A DNA stretch of 64,000 bases, taken from Antedon mediterranea (lineage: Eukaryota > Animalia > Echinodermata). Positions within the stretch are counted from its first letter, which is position 1, and every line of letters starts with the position of its first letter. Under the pieces are notes generated by a model. That model was not told the origin of the DNA. It ran no database searches and saw nothing but the letters and a program-made list of their open reading frames with translations. Shown in pieces: positions 11,887 through 24,185 of this stretch. Location of the stretch: NCBI RefSeq assembly GCF_964355755.1, contig NC_092673.1, positions 13,984,948-14,048,947 of the forward strand, in the 5' to 3' direction. The translations under genes were made by a program, and so were the position numbers.

Positions 11887-13989
11887 GAATCATGACAACC
11901 TAGTACAAATCTTAAACACAAAAATACAGATAAAATGGAGATAGGATATTGGGTTATAAAAGTTAAGATTGTATATAGGTGGTTCTTGATATATAAAGAA
12001 TTTTGTATAAAAACCTGCTTGAAAGAAAAAGAGGTTTTGAATGATTTTTTTTAATTAAATAAAATCTTTGAAGGTTGAGGTAATACATTGTTTGTGGTAG
12101 AATATTTTTAGAATTTAGCTTTGGTCTTGCATATGAAAAAAAATGGCTTGACACATGAAAGAGGAAAATCATTGAATATACAGTCAAGTAATAATCATGA
12201 TGATAATTATTCTGTTTCCCTTTTACACTATTTGGTTCATCTACATGTAATCCATTGGAGCAATGCACAATTAAGGCACACTTGTTTGATATGCAACTAC
12301 ATTTCATATTTTAGCAAAGCCTGTCTCCTTCCTGGCAGTTTCCACAAATTCCTTTCAAGGGTGGGTAACAATACAACAGATTAATCATCTTCAGTCGTTG
12401 TCTGTTTCAATTATTTTTCGACTGGTTCAAGAATGGGGTATCTGTACTACAATTTCATATTTGAAATCAAGTTTGTCAGTTTGCATACTGCCAAATTCAT
12501 GTTTCTGCAGTTTCCTCATGAGATCCATAGTAAACAGTGAAGTTCTAACATCCTTCGCCTCTTTTTGCCATGATAATGGCAGGTTTCCACAATCTGTTTG
12601 TACACAACGTCCATGTTTTTGTTCAGGTTTATTGGAATGTAGAGTCCAATGTATGATATTTCTGAAAAAAAAATTCAAATTCTGCTGTAGCCATTGATGA
12701 CTATTGTCAACTTTCAACAAAAGATTGTGAACATAGGCATAATGTTTCTTCTCCTCCAATATTTCTCAGACACATCACAATATCTTTGTCCATCAATGGT
12801 GTATTTGTAATACAATATAAATGTATGTACACATCAGTTGTGATCTTGTACTTTGGCCAGGTAACTGTTAATGCATCCTTTGTATGACAAGACATAGAAA
12901 TTAGAGAAAGAGTTCAGCAAACACTACCATTTTCCATTAACAGTCATTGCATATACACAAGTCCAGAGAAGTCATCTGCATTCAATATAATGCAGATTAC
13001 ATGGTTGTGGTCCACTTATGCAAGGCTTCAGAAGTGTAGCAAGATGTAAAAACCATCCCCACTGTCCACAAACAACAAAATGTGACAATAAAGCATTGTC
13101 GTAGACATCAAAATACAAACATTGCTGAGGCCGATGGAAGGAGACAACAAACTTAAATGTTAACCTGTGGTATTGCGCACGAGACCCTCTTGGAAAGATG
13201 TTTTTTGCAGCTTCAGGAAGTCAGGCATATCATCATATAACTGTATGTAGGAATGCTTCAATGGATTAAATGTAGATGACTTATTGTTGTAAAAAGGAAA
13301 TATTTTTTGACTGTTTATTTAGAAGCCATATCAAAGGTATTTATATATTTTTTTAATACTGTGGATTTATGTATTTTGTCTGCTACTGGTATTCATGGTG
13401 ATCAAAGCTTTCTACAAAAAAAAGATTAAGAAAATCTTGACAGAGACTGTTCTAGTCAACACAACAGGTCATGCAAAACAACAAAGTTGTGTTGTGCCAA
13501 GACGGCCAATCCCAAATCAAAGCAAAAGACAATGCCTAAATATTGAGTGTAATCATTCATTGCCAAAAAGAAATGGATGAATGAAGAACGGTGCAAGATA
13601 CACCTGGTGTTGCAACAGAGGGTAAATTGTGAAGAATAGAATCAAAGTGAATGATTTGATTAATTCTTTTTCAGAATCATTAACAGACATATTAATACAA
13701 ATAGAATAACTCACAACTAACAAGAAGAAACTAAAATTAACAAGCAGGCAAAAACCAACTATTATAATAATAATAACAAATATTATATTTTTATAGAGGT
13801 GGCAAGCTGTCAAAGCACCACCTCTTCAGTGGTGCCTCAAAGTATAATCTTTAGTGCAATGCATGCACAGAATTTTTTAAGACACCTTCTCTTATTACAC
13901 AACTGACGCCACTTCTGTGGGTGTTTGTATCATTCATCATTCCACCATGGCAGCATCAACATAAAGATCATACATAAATAAATAAACAC

Positions 13990-14800
13990 AAATGGAAAAG
14001 TAATTTCAAACCGAGAAATATCAAGTGACAACCGTTAAAGAGAGAGCAAAAAATATCAGTTTTGGAAAATAAAAGGGCAATAATTGAGACCAAGTATCAA
14101 GATAGAGTAAGGAAAAACAAAAACCTGGCAGAGTTGAAGCGGTATCACATGAAACAAAAGAAGGTTAAAGTTCTGGCCACCAAGTTTATGAAGGTTCAAA
14201 CCCGTTTTGATGACATAGTGGAGCGATATGATGAAACTAAAAGAAACTTGAATCAAATTGAAGATAAGAAGAGAGAGAATAAGACATCACTGAAAAAGAC
14301 TAAAATCAGTATAACCCCAAAATAAAGGAATGTTACTTGGGTCTAGCCAGCCTTGGAGATAGTGCTCGTAAAATGTCAGCAGTCACAGCGCTAGTTCTTA
14401 GCACCATTGGTGGTTTTGACATCACAGAAAAGGACCTGCCAAAACAAACATTTAACAAGAATATGCCTAGGGAAGCAAACCTGGTGGCATCACACTTTGT
14501 AGCTAGTGACTTAGGAACACATCAAAACACTGTGCTGCATACAGATGGAACAAGTAGAGATAGTGACAAGGTAGTAGATTTTGAACTAATAATAATGAAC
14601 GAATAAAGATGGAAAGACCCATAAAAGATAAAAAAAAAAAACAGTAGAGAAAGGCAAAGCACTAACAGCAGGCATTCCTGTAGCTTCTGGAGAATAAGAG
14701 CAACAGATGGAGGTATCTAAATTTATCATGGAAAAGTTATTCGACTTATCATGCCAGCAAGAAGCGGATTCAAAATATTAAGAATACAATGGGAGACCAT
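13990..14800 (+). pseudogene. DDE transposase fragment, hAT-related (coiled coil plus first catalytic Asp)
   Basis: A basic coiled-coil ORF (14062-14325) is followed by KDLPKQTFNKNMPREANL...NTVLHTDGTSR...DFEL. Same architecture as 21630-22620. Confidence 0.5.
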
Positions 14801-15039
14801 TCCTTTTAAATATTATGAAAATGTTAACACATAGACTAGCTATGTGATGTAAGATAATAAGAACAAGAGCATGGATTCAATTGATTATAAGAAATATCAT
14901 TTATGCATTTATTATTTTGTTTATTACAGCTTGAATATATTTACAATATACTGACTAAAGCTTACACATTTGTCTGACTCGTTGTTTATGTGCGAGTAAA
15001 AGTATTATTGTCATATTTTTTTCTTGCACTTATAGACAG

Positions 15040-15690
15040 AAGGTCCTGTACACCAAAGAAAGTCCATTCACATGGAACATTAGAAAATAGAAAATACTCT
15101 ATAAATCAGCATTGAGACATGAGCCAGCAACATGTCATACATTCTGGACTCGGACTCTAGTAGTACCACAAGTGACGAGTCAGAATTCTGAGTGTCACGC
15201 AGCAACACCTATTATATCATGGACCCCAAGAAAACAATTAAAGATAGTGCCGTCACATATACTGGACTATGTTTGAATGGACATCCATTTAGATATCAAT
15301 CACAACCTCTTGCTGGTACACGCTATGCTGGAAATATAGCAATTGCAGCAGCCACTCTCATTACTGGGAAAACCCAGTCTTAGTTGTTGCTGCCAACAGT
15401 GAACAAATATTCAAGGCCATATTAAATATCTATTTACTTACAAAATCGTAAGTAAATTTCATTAAAAAAAAAAAAAATTAAACTTCAACTTAATGTTAAA
15501 CCTCATCGACATGTTGTTGCTGGAGACTGCAGGCATGACACACCAGGCCATAATGCAACATATGGTACTTATTCTATTATGGATGTAAACCCAGACATTA
15601 TATTGACTTCAAAAACATTGTCTGTGGATGAAAAAAGAAGTAAAAAACTCACATCATCTGGAGAATGAAGGATTCAAAAGATGTCTAAAT
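15040..15690 (+). pseudogene. Kolobok-type transposase fragment
   Basis: CLNGHPFRYQSQP...AGNIAIAAATLITG, then VVAGDCRHDTPGHNATYGTYSIMD and NSHHLENEGFKRCL, matching the GDGRxDSPG...SxxMExxG motifs. Confidence 0.75.
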
Positions 15691-16396
15691 GTCTCTAGAA
15701 CCCTAATCCCCACAATCGCCATCATCACCACTATCACTACAACACGCCCCTAAAGCAACAGAATCCTGACCATCACCACCTCGACCAAGAACACCATCTC
15801 GAACAAATAAAGTCAACTCCTGTCCCATTTCTGCAACGATCACCACACCTTCATCCTGCAACAGTGGACCTAAGCATGCCTACTCATACTCAGATAAAAT
15901 TGAAGGATGCTCACAACACCCCCACACATTACACGAGTTATTTATAATGTTGAAATCCCTATGTGACAGGGGGATCCTGTCACAGTGATAACCCTTTGCA
16001 GGAAATGGAATAACCCAATGTCCTCTAGGAATGTAAATGGGCATACTTGTACCTCATTACCAGTCAGAATACATTTAAAAAAATTTTTTTTGATCAAAAC
16101 CAACTGAATTCCTGCTGGAGTGAGTCAATATGTTTCATTATTATTTGTGTTACTATAATTATTAATTACAGTTAAGCTATTGGTAGCGACCGATGGTCGT
16201 ATGTATATTGCTATGATTTTATGTTTATAGTATGTAAATTTCACAACTTGTTAAACTTTAATTATTAAGTTAAGTTGTTGAAGTAAGGGATATTGCGTGC
16301 ATAGTTAGTCCCTAGTCAAGAATGATGGGTTGGATGTAAATTCCATATTTCTCCGAAACCCATCTACAGTAATGTAGGATGTTTATTTTGCATTAG

Positions 16397-16521
16397 TTCG
16401 TTCGTTTGTGAAAGTAGATTGTTCGTTTGTGAAAGAAGGTTGTTCGTTTGTGAAAGTACGTTCTTTGTTTTAGTTTAGATCGTTCGTTTGTGAAAGTACA
16501 TTGTTCGTTTGTGAAAGTACG
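16397..16521 (+). repeat. Minisatellite, ~21-bp unit with core TTCGTTTGTGAAAG (5 copies)
   Basis: Direct repeats visible in the sequence. Confidence 0.85.
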
Positions 16522-16699
16522 TTGTATGTTTTACTTTTATATTTTTGGCGGCGATTGCCTTCCATAGATGGCAACGCAAGAAGAAAGTCTGGTTATACAA
16601 CCAGACGAAGAAATTATATATATTGAATAACTGTAAGTAATTTGAAAAAATTTCTTTTTGCACACAAATGTGTAGAGGCAATTATGAAAATATGATGAT

Positions 16700-17070
16700 A
16701 AAAAAAGCAGAATTTTAAACATTCCTCGACCTCGAGCAATTAAAACCAAATGGCTGACTGACTTTACTTGGCTTAAATATGACGCAGTATCAAAAATGTT
16801 CACTTGTTCTGTGTGATCAAGGCCAAGAAGAAAAATATATTTACCACTGGAAAATCAGCAATTATCCCCAAGCGTGATGATTTTGTGAAACATGCAAAGT
16901 CTCGTGACTATAAGGCAGCACATGAGGAACCAGTTTTGCAACATGAATTCCATACAGCATCTTTGAATGCGCACGACCATGTTAAGGAGTCAATTATAGC
17001 TCTAATGGTGACTATTTTAACACAAGCACAAGAAGCTATCCCATCCAGAAAGACCTGAAAACTTGTTCGA
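16700..17070 (+). pseudogene. hAT transposase N-terminal (TTF/ZNF862-like) zinc-finger fragment
   Basis: KWLTDFTWLKYDAVSKM-FC...NIFTTG...KRDDFVKHAKSRDY matches W..F.WL.YD...MFC...N.F..G...H..S..H. Confidence 0.6.
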
Positions 17071-18219
17071 ATGCAAATTTAGTACTTAGACTACATACTT
17101 AGCTATACCCTAAAGATTACCTGTCCTAAAAGAAGAGGCCAGTATTTAGAATAGTTTGTAGCCCACGCCTTAGGCTAGCCTATCTAATAATAATTAATGA
17201 TTGTATAATGAAGATTGATAAATTAATAGTAAACATTTTTATGAAGAGGAAAAAAAAAATGTTAAAAGAATTAGTTCTTCAAATTAAGCAAAAAGACTTC
17301 CCGGCGAAATAAGACATTTAAATCGTCGACTGCAAAGGCGAGCAGGAGTCATTTCGTATTTAGAAAATAAAAATTTTGATTTGAATAGAAGACTAGAAGA
17401 GGAAGAAGTGATAGAAGAAGAACCAGATGAAGAAATTGATATTGAAGAAAGAATACCGATGGCAACGCAAGAAGAACGTCTGGTTATACAACCAGACAAA
17501 GAAATTATATATATTGAATAACTGTAAATAATTTGAAAAAATCTGTATTCTTTTGCACACAAATCTGTAGAAGCATTTATGAAAATATAATTTAAAAAAA
17601 CGACGTGGTAAAAAAAAAAAAAAAATTCGTCCTGATTTTTACGGGAAATTAATGTGGTTTTTTTTTCTCGTCTAGATTTATATTATTGATTTTTGTGTTT
17701 TATGTACAATTAACCAGATATTTTGTTTAAAATTCATGGATGAGGATATCGATGATTCCCGATTGTGCCACTGCACAATGCAGATTATTATGTATGTATG
17801 GTGACATGTTTGTTGTATTTCTAGGTGTTTTTCTTGATGTGGCTGGTTGTGTATAAATACCAGTGGATCTTGATACAATACATACAGAGTAGAATAAATA
17901 TTAAAAAACCAATGCTGTCTTCCACGTGTCTGATTGTGTTTAACTGATCGTGAATTTCCACAGAACTTTGGTGTTGGAAGTGGGATTGATCGACTAGGAC
18001 ACAATGCAACACATCACTGAAAGGGCATGACATAGGAAATAATATATTGAGTCAGGATAGCCGACAAGACAAGATAAGATTGAAGACAAGAAAAACCTCT
18101 GGATTGAACTATGTATGGTATCAGAAGGTCACGGTTTCTACTCGTATAATTTAATTTTTTTCTTACATTGTGTGCACTGCACAGTTGTTAATTATTGATA
18201 TCTTATTGTGATTAGCGCA

Positions 18220-19800
18220 ATGTCCGGGGCTTTTGGTAGGGTATCCAATACTAAAACCCTGCCTAAATTAAAGACATTTATCAGACTTCAAAGAATATTG
18301 TAGCTATTATAAAGTAGATGGGAGGGATAAAGCCCAGATACTATTAACTCATTTGGAGACTAGAGGCGTTCCACTCCACACTGAGACAGATTATTAACAT
18401 AACCTCTATAAGCAATACCAATCACCTGCCAACCACTAAAGCTAGTCCACCTTTGTCCAAATCAATGAGTGGAAGGGAATGTTGACCCCAGTAAAAATGA
18501 AAGTACAAAATTGGAATGAAACTCTGAGAGAAAGAAACTCTGAGAGAAAAAAACTCTGAGAGAAAGAAACAAAGATCTTCAGCAAGGGTTATCCTTATGG
18601 TAACAGAAAGGGAAACAACTAACAGGGCCACTACCTGTAATTTGGAAAAAGATAGGGTGACCTCATTCAACTAAAATTTCCACCTTGATCCACTAGATAG
18701 CAAATCCACTGCTTGTAATCATTGCATGCATTTAAAAAGGAACAGATACTTCAAGTTGGACTTGGAACAGCTCCGCAAAGAAACTAAATCAGCAAGAAAC
18801 CACCATATAGATGCAGAGCAGATTGTTGATGTTTTCTAAACGGCAGACTGCCAAAACAAATGGCTCAATTGACTACCTGTCTGCACAATGAAGGCAATTG
18901 AACTGGATTCCAAACTGAGGCAAGCCGAAACCATCATGGGCAGAGGTCCAATTCCAGACAGGGACCGAACTTTAATCAACCAGTTTTTGCGAGGCATAGT
19001 GAATATTGAACTCCGCAATAGAATTGCGCCAATGAGACCCATGTTAACGTCATTCTGACAACTATTTGTGAGGTTCGGGTATTTGAAAAGAAAGTACCAT
19101 GATAGTGGCTTGAACCCAAGCGTAAAATGTGCGGCAACCTTCATCTTAGTTTGTACAAATGCAGCATTCCATAGCAACACTACAAAAACAAATTTCTGCC
19201 CTGACAAAAATCAGAAAGGACAACCGGCGTGAGGTCCGGTTGTGCTATGGCTATAAAATACCCATATAAAAAGGTTTTGCTTCCAGATTCCTAAAACGAG
19301 GGACCGCTGCCACAGCAGTAGGCAGCGTAAGGCGATTACCACCATTGGTAGGTCCAACGAATACCATGATGGTAAAGATCAATGGAGCTGATACTTGATA
19401 CTGGCTTCCAAATCACAACTATTACTATCGACACTTTAAAATCTATTTTTGGACACACAGATTACAAACTCAACCATCTTCTTTGGCAAGCGGAGAATCA
19501 ATACCTCATTTAGGAACAGCCACTGTGGATATTGAATTTAGCGGTGAGAAATATTGTTCTGTTCCTTTTTTTATTGAAAATGAATTTCGAAAAAAATGTA
19601 CCTGTTCTTATTGGCACTAATATTCTTCACTTGCATTCTAATTTTAATCAAGCGCAAAAAGAAAATTCATCATTGTTAGGAGAACAAATTAATGTAGGAT
19701 GTTCTGTGCTGTGGTATAGCAATTCCTGTGGTACAGTGTTAGTTGAGCCAATGTGTTCCAGTACTCTTAATGAACTATTAATTGGAAGCTCTATCTATAT
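18220..19800 (+). mobile_element. Second Ty3/Gypsy remnant: gag and protease
   Basis: DRDRTLINQFLRGIVNIELRNR (gag), a degenerate CCHC near 19240, VGPTNTMMVKING..LDTG (protease), ASGESIPHLG and VPVLIGTNIL. Confidence 0.7.
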
Positions 19801-21159
19801 ATATAAAAGGCAAACACAAAAATGTTGTCCTCTATGCACACCGTCATACAACATCCGATCGGTGTGAATTCTGCAATCAACATCAATCTTGCAACAGAGA
19901 TGGTTATGGGCTATATAAAAAGTAGGTAAACAAAATATTTACTGCATTATGACTTATTAAATGTTAAAAAAATTACCTCTGGACCAAAAGGCTATAAAAT
20001 GTGGTATTTCCAGAGGGCTTCATTCAAAACTATAAAAGCAGTAACGGCGAAAACGGCACCATTTATTATATATAGGCCTGCATGTATTTACCCCAATCAT
20101 TACCAGCGTATGTGTAAGGTAGTCATAAAATTAATCCTACATTTTGTTTCATAATACCTTTTAGTGTGCCTCTCCTGTTACGCCGAGATCGGGATAGACA
20201 CTGAAACATGCGGTTTACATTTTATTCACTGTAAGTATTGATAGACGGTCTGTTTATTTTAAAATTTGAATTATTCGTATGTAGTCATTATTAAGCCACA
20301 TAAAGTTTTTTCTACATTCCAGTGTTTTACTACGAATGGTTCAGACCAGTCAACAACAGACAACCCATGTATGTTCTGCTGAAGTTATTGCTTTTCAACA
20401 GCAATATACAGATGCAAAAATATCTCAATTGGAAAGAAAGCTAAAAGAGTCTGGGGCAGCTTTAGCCCTCTTTAATGATGACAATTTAGATTCATTAAAA
20501 ACTAACTCGCCTAAGAAATTTAAAGTGGAAATAAATGAGAATGTAATAAACGAGAATGTAACCAACTAAACTCAGTGTATAAAAAGTCTTTATTAGTTCT
20601 TTTTTTTTTTTTTTTTGTATTTATCAAACTTTCTCCATCGCACCCACAATTACTGTAATTACTTGGTACATATAATTCCTTATCTGTTTCTCCTGAGAGT
20701 TAGGAAATTAAATGTTACTTCTCCCGAAATTCTAAACGGAGATTTCCCCAAAAACAAATCATAACCAACATTTTAACGGGTCCGTACAAATAATGAAGAT
20801 GTTTTCATTCCAAAAATCCCAATTATACCAAAAGATCTTCCGCTTTGAGTTTCGGCATCTACAATTTCCATCCAGTCGGCCTGTGCTCAACATATATCAG
20901 GGACAATCTCTCACCGTAGCAGGACTGAATTTAACATCGCCATGTTTTTCACAATAATGGTCAATTGTATGTTGGTTGTTCCAGAGTTGGATTATCAAAA
21001 TCATTGTATATACTTACCAAGCTCAGTATATTATTTGATATTGACTTATTTCATTGGTATTACTATTAATATTAGGCTGGTTACTTAAAACATTCATCAA
21101 TAAAAATTGATAATTTATAAGTTGATAATTTATGTACAGTAGTCAGCAAATTATAAGCC

Positions 21160-21605
21160 AAGCACCGAATATGGATTTAACAAAATCTGATACGTTATAT
21201 GAACATCACTCTAATTGACAATCTTCCGATTACCATTTCGACGAATACCCCCAGCCGAATACTCTGCAGTTCATGATGAAATCAACAAAATGTTCGACTC
21301 GGACGTTATTACACCTAACCACAGTCCTTATGCTTCACCTATGGTTATTTTGTATAAAAAGGATGGTTCGTTAAGACTTTCGAAAATTAAATTCCAAAAC
21401 AATTAGGGATGCTTTCTCCATTCCTAGATTTTTTTAAGCACTGGACGCTTGGGGTTCATCACATATTTTTCAACTTAACAAGTGGCTATTGGCAAGTTGA
21501 GGTGGCCGATGCCGATAAGCAAAAGACTGCCTTTACAACGCCAATGGGACTTTTTCAATTTAACAGAATGCCTTTCGGGTTGCAAAATGCACCAGCAATG
21601 CACCA
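21160..21605 (+). mobile_element. Ty3/Gypsy reverse-transcriptase N-terminal fragment
   Basis: PFRRIPP...SPYASPMVILYKKDGSLRL; LTSGYWQVEVADADKQKTAFTTPMGLFQFNRMPFGLQNAPA. Truncated before YxDD. Confidence 0.9.
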
Positions 21606-21629
21606 GCAAATGAGTAGTGCATATTGAAG

Positions 21630-22620
21630 GCAGATTGAAAGACATATTTTGTATGAAATCTAAACTTCAAAAGCGAAATGACACCTTGCGACAAAAAAAA
21701 AAAAAAAATCAATTATTATTTTAAAAATAAAAGTACCGCGTAAAAAGCTGTTTACTTGAACAAAACAAGTAGGAAGTAAAGCGATTAAAGATTGGAGTAA
21801 AAAAGGAAGGAAGCATAGCAAAATTAATCTAGAAAGGCAATTAAAGTATCATTAAAGGAAATCAAAGGTTGTTAGCAAAGCTATTTATGATAAATTTCTC
21901 ATTAAGTGTGAGCTACTACAAACAACAGTGACTGAAAATAAGCATGAGATGACCAAACAAGACAACAAGAGAAGTTAGAAGATGCCTTAAGTTATTAAAT
22001 GGGTATTAGTAAAACTTTCAGTAATGATACCAGGGAGCTTGTATATAACATAACATTGATAGACTCTGGTGTACCGACCAACCAAATAGAACAACTAATT
22101 GTAAATGTCGCCGTACATTTGGGAAAACTAATAAAAGCTTAGCGTTATTTCACCCTAGTTAATAAATTAACTAGGGTGTGGGACTCTTCCAGTGGTCCTT
22201 TTATACACCATTCTATTTGGGCTGATTAGAAACAGCGCCGCCAACGGTTATGAAAATGTTATAGCGTCGCTGGGGTACAACGATCGCGTCCCTTAGCATA
22301 TTCAGTAATGATACTAGGGAGCTTGTATATAACATAACATGATAGACTCTGGTGTACCGACCAACCAAATAGAACAACTAATTGTAAATGTGGCCGTACA
22401 ATTTGGGAAAACTGTAATAAATTTGCCAAAATGAGGATCAGTTGAAAGTATGGCCTGAGAGCTTAGCGTGATTTCACATTACCAGACTGCCAATTTTATG
22501 CTGCATGAGTCGGGTTTGATGCGACAACCCAAGAAGAAATGCATTTAAAGTAAAGTAATTGCTTTGGATGAACTGACAGGTGGCATGCATGTGGATTATG
22601 CAGATCAAATTAATGAATTT
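21630..22620 (+). pseudogene. hAT-related DDE transposase fragment with internal duplications
   Basis: RELVY..IDSGVPTNQIEQLI...NLPK.GSVESMA.ELSVIS...GFDATTQE...IALDELTGG..DYADQI. An ~85-bp block recurs at ~22018, ~22301 and ~23011. Confidence 0.55.
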
Positions 22621-23199
22621 TGTGAGCCAAACAGCAATTGTGAAACCAAATGTTGCAAAAAATGTTGTTTTACTCGCGAAATTGGCTGATACATCTCACT
22701 TCCGCTGGACGTGTCAACAAAGAGTGAAGCATGCAACCAACCATGAATAAATCAAATGATAACCGAGACACGTGATTATCAATTTTGGGGAAATCCAAGT
22801 TTTAATTAAATACATGCTTTGATTACACAGTGGCCTGTTTTAAATTCAAACTTATTATTTATTTAGCTATAATCAACCTGTTACGGCATGCATGCCTATT
22901 CGATGTCTGGGGAATTTTCCTGTGATGAGAAATTGGACTATAATGGCTAATTACGGCCTACATTTTAATTTTTAATTTTATAAATAAATTAAATGGGTAT
23001 TAGTAAAACTTTCAGTAATGATACCAGGGAATTTGTATATAACATAACATGATAGACTCTGGTGTACCGACCAACCAAATAGAACAACTAATTGTTGCAA
23101 CGTAAAACCTGGGAACCTGATAGGAACTTCCTATCAGTCCGTAAATAACCAGGGTGTGGGACTTTTCCGGTGGTCCGCTTATTAGACGGAGCATACGTC

Positions 23200-23515
23200 T
23201 TGCGATAAGCCGAGCATCTTGCTCATTCTATGAACTACAGCGCAAGGTGGTGTTTGGTATGTTTTGCAGGTTGGGGAGGACAGGCAATATGGTCCTAAAA
23301 TGCATTTATGATTTTCATCTTCCATTATCCAAACTACATGGTAGAAGGATGAAGTTATTGTATTAACCATGTGACTATGAGGCGTCGATTTATTTATATA
23401 TATTTTTTTCTTTGTATTTAAAATAATGTTAGACACTTGTAATTTGTTCTTGAGCTATGGAGAATTTTGTACTCTGTATTTCTTTTTCCGAAATAAAAGA
23501 TGAAATGAATGAAAT
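23200..23515 (+). mobile_element. Possible 3' end of a non-LTR retrotransposon
   Basis: ORF end MFCRLG..GNMVLKCI...LLY* followed by a short UTR, AATAAA and a (TGAA/TGAAA)n tail. Confidence 0.35.
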
Positions 23516-23564
23516 ATATAGAGTTCTAATAGCATTTCCAACAATAAAACCTCAATTTTAAATA

Positions 23565-23815
23565 ATTGACAAGCCTTGTGTTGCGAAATGTACTGAATTG
23601 ATGCATGCCTTGCATCAATAATGTCTGTACTGCGTCAACTAGTACGGCCAACCAAGAATACCAAACCAAGCCCAGGATACAATTGTCATATGGCTGCCCG
23701 TCCATCGAAAACTACTGGATAGAAACAAATAACATCATCAAAAAAAAACAGAAACAGTTGTAATTGGTAATGTTTTTTATATTCATAATTTGTATTGAAA
23801 CCTTATTTTTTGTTC
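23565..23815 (+). repeat. Duplicate of the Kolobok transposase exon at 25640-25870
   Basis: Near-identical GACAAGCC...CCAAGAATACCAAACCAAGCCCAGGATA...ACAGTTGTAATTGGTAAT, encoding YGCPxIENYWIETNNII..TVVIG. Confidence 0.85.
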
Positions 23816-24185
23816 AAACAACAACATTTGAAAAAGCGATCACAACAAGCTAAAGGGAAAATGAAATGAGAATGTCCAATTTGAAAAAAAACCAAGAGAA
23901 TATATAGATAAAATTACAAATAGCAGCCCGTCAATGATTTTTTTCCTGTTCGAATACGTTAAAAATTGTATATAACGGATTTAAATTCACAATTATAGCT
24001 CAAATATAGCGACTAAACCCCGCCTCCTTTACAGCCTCGCTTTCGCGTTGCATGTCCATGACGTCATGTAAGAAACACGTTACCGATTGTCATTCTTTTC
24101 ATGCACTGTTTAGCCTGCTACCGCTCTATAGTTTTCTCATTGTTAATACAATAATAGCTTTTCACACCACTATTGTTCAGGAATA

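Noticed and set aside
15962-15984. Hairpin TGTGACAGG-GGGAT-CCTGTCACA as a terminator or Helitron end
   Set aside because: No U-tract, no CTRR 3' end, no supporting context.
16397-16521. Spaced short repeats as a CRISPR array
   Set aside because: Spacers are mostly only ~7 bp and similar to each other; ordinary minisatellite.
23565-23815. Minus-strand reading QYISQHKACQL as a KolX/P2X7-ballast gene
   Set aside because: The plus strand matches the Kolobok transposase exon leading into GNGRNDSPG.
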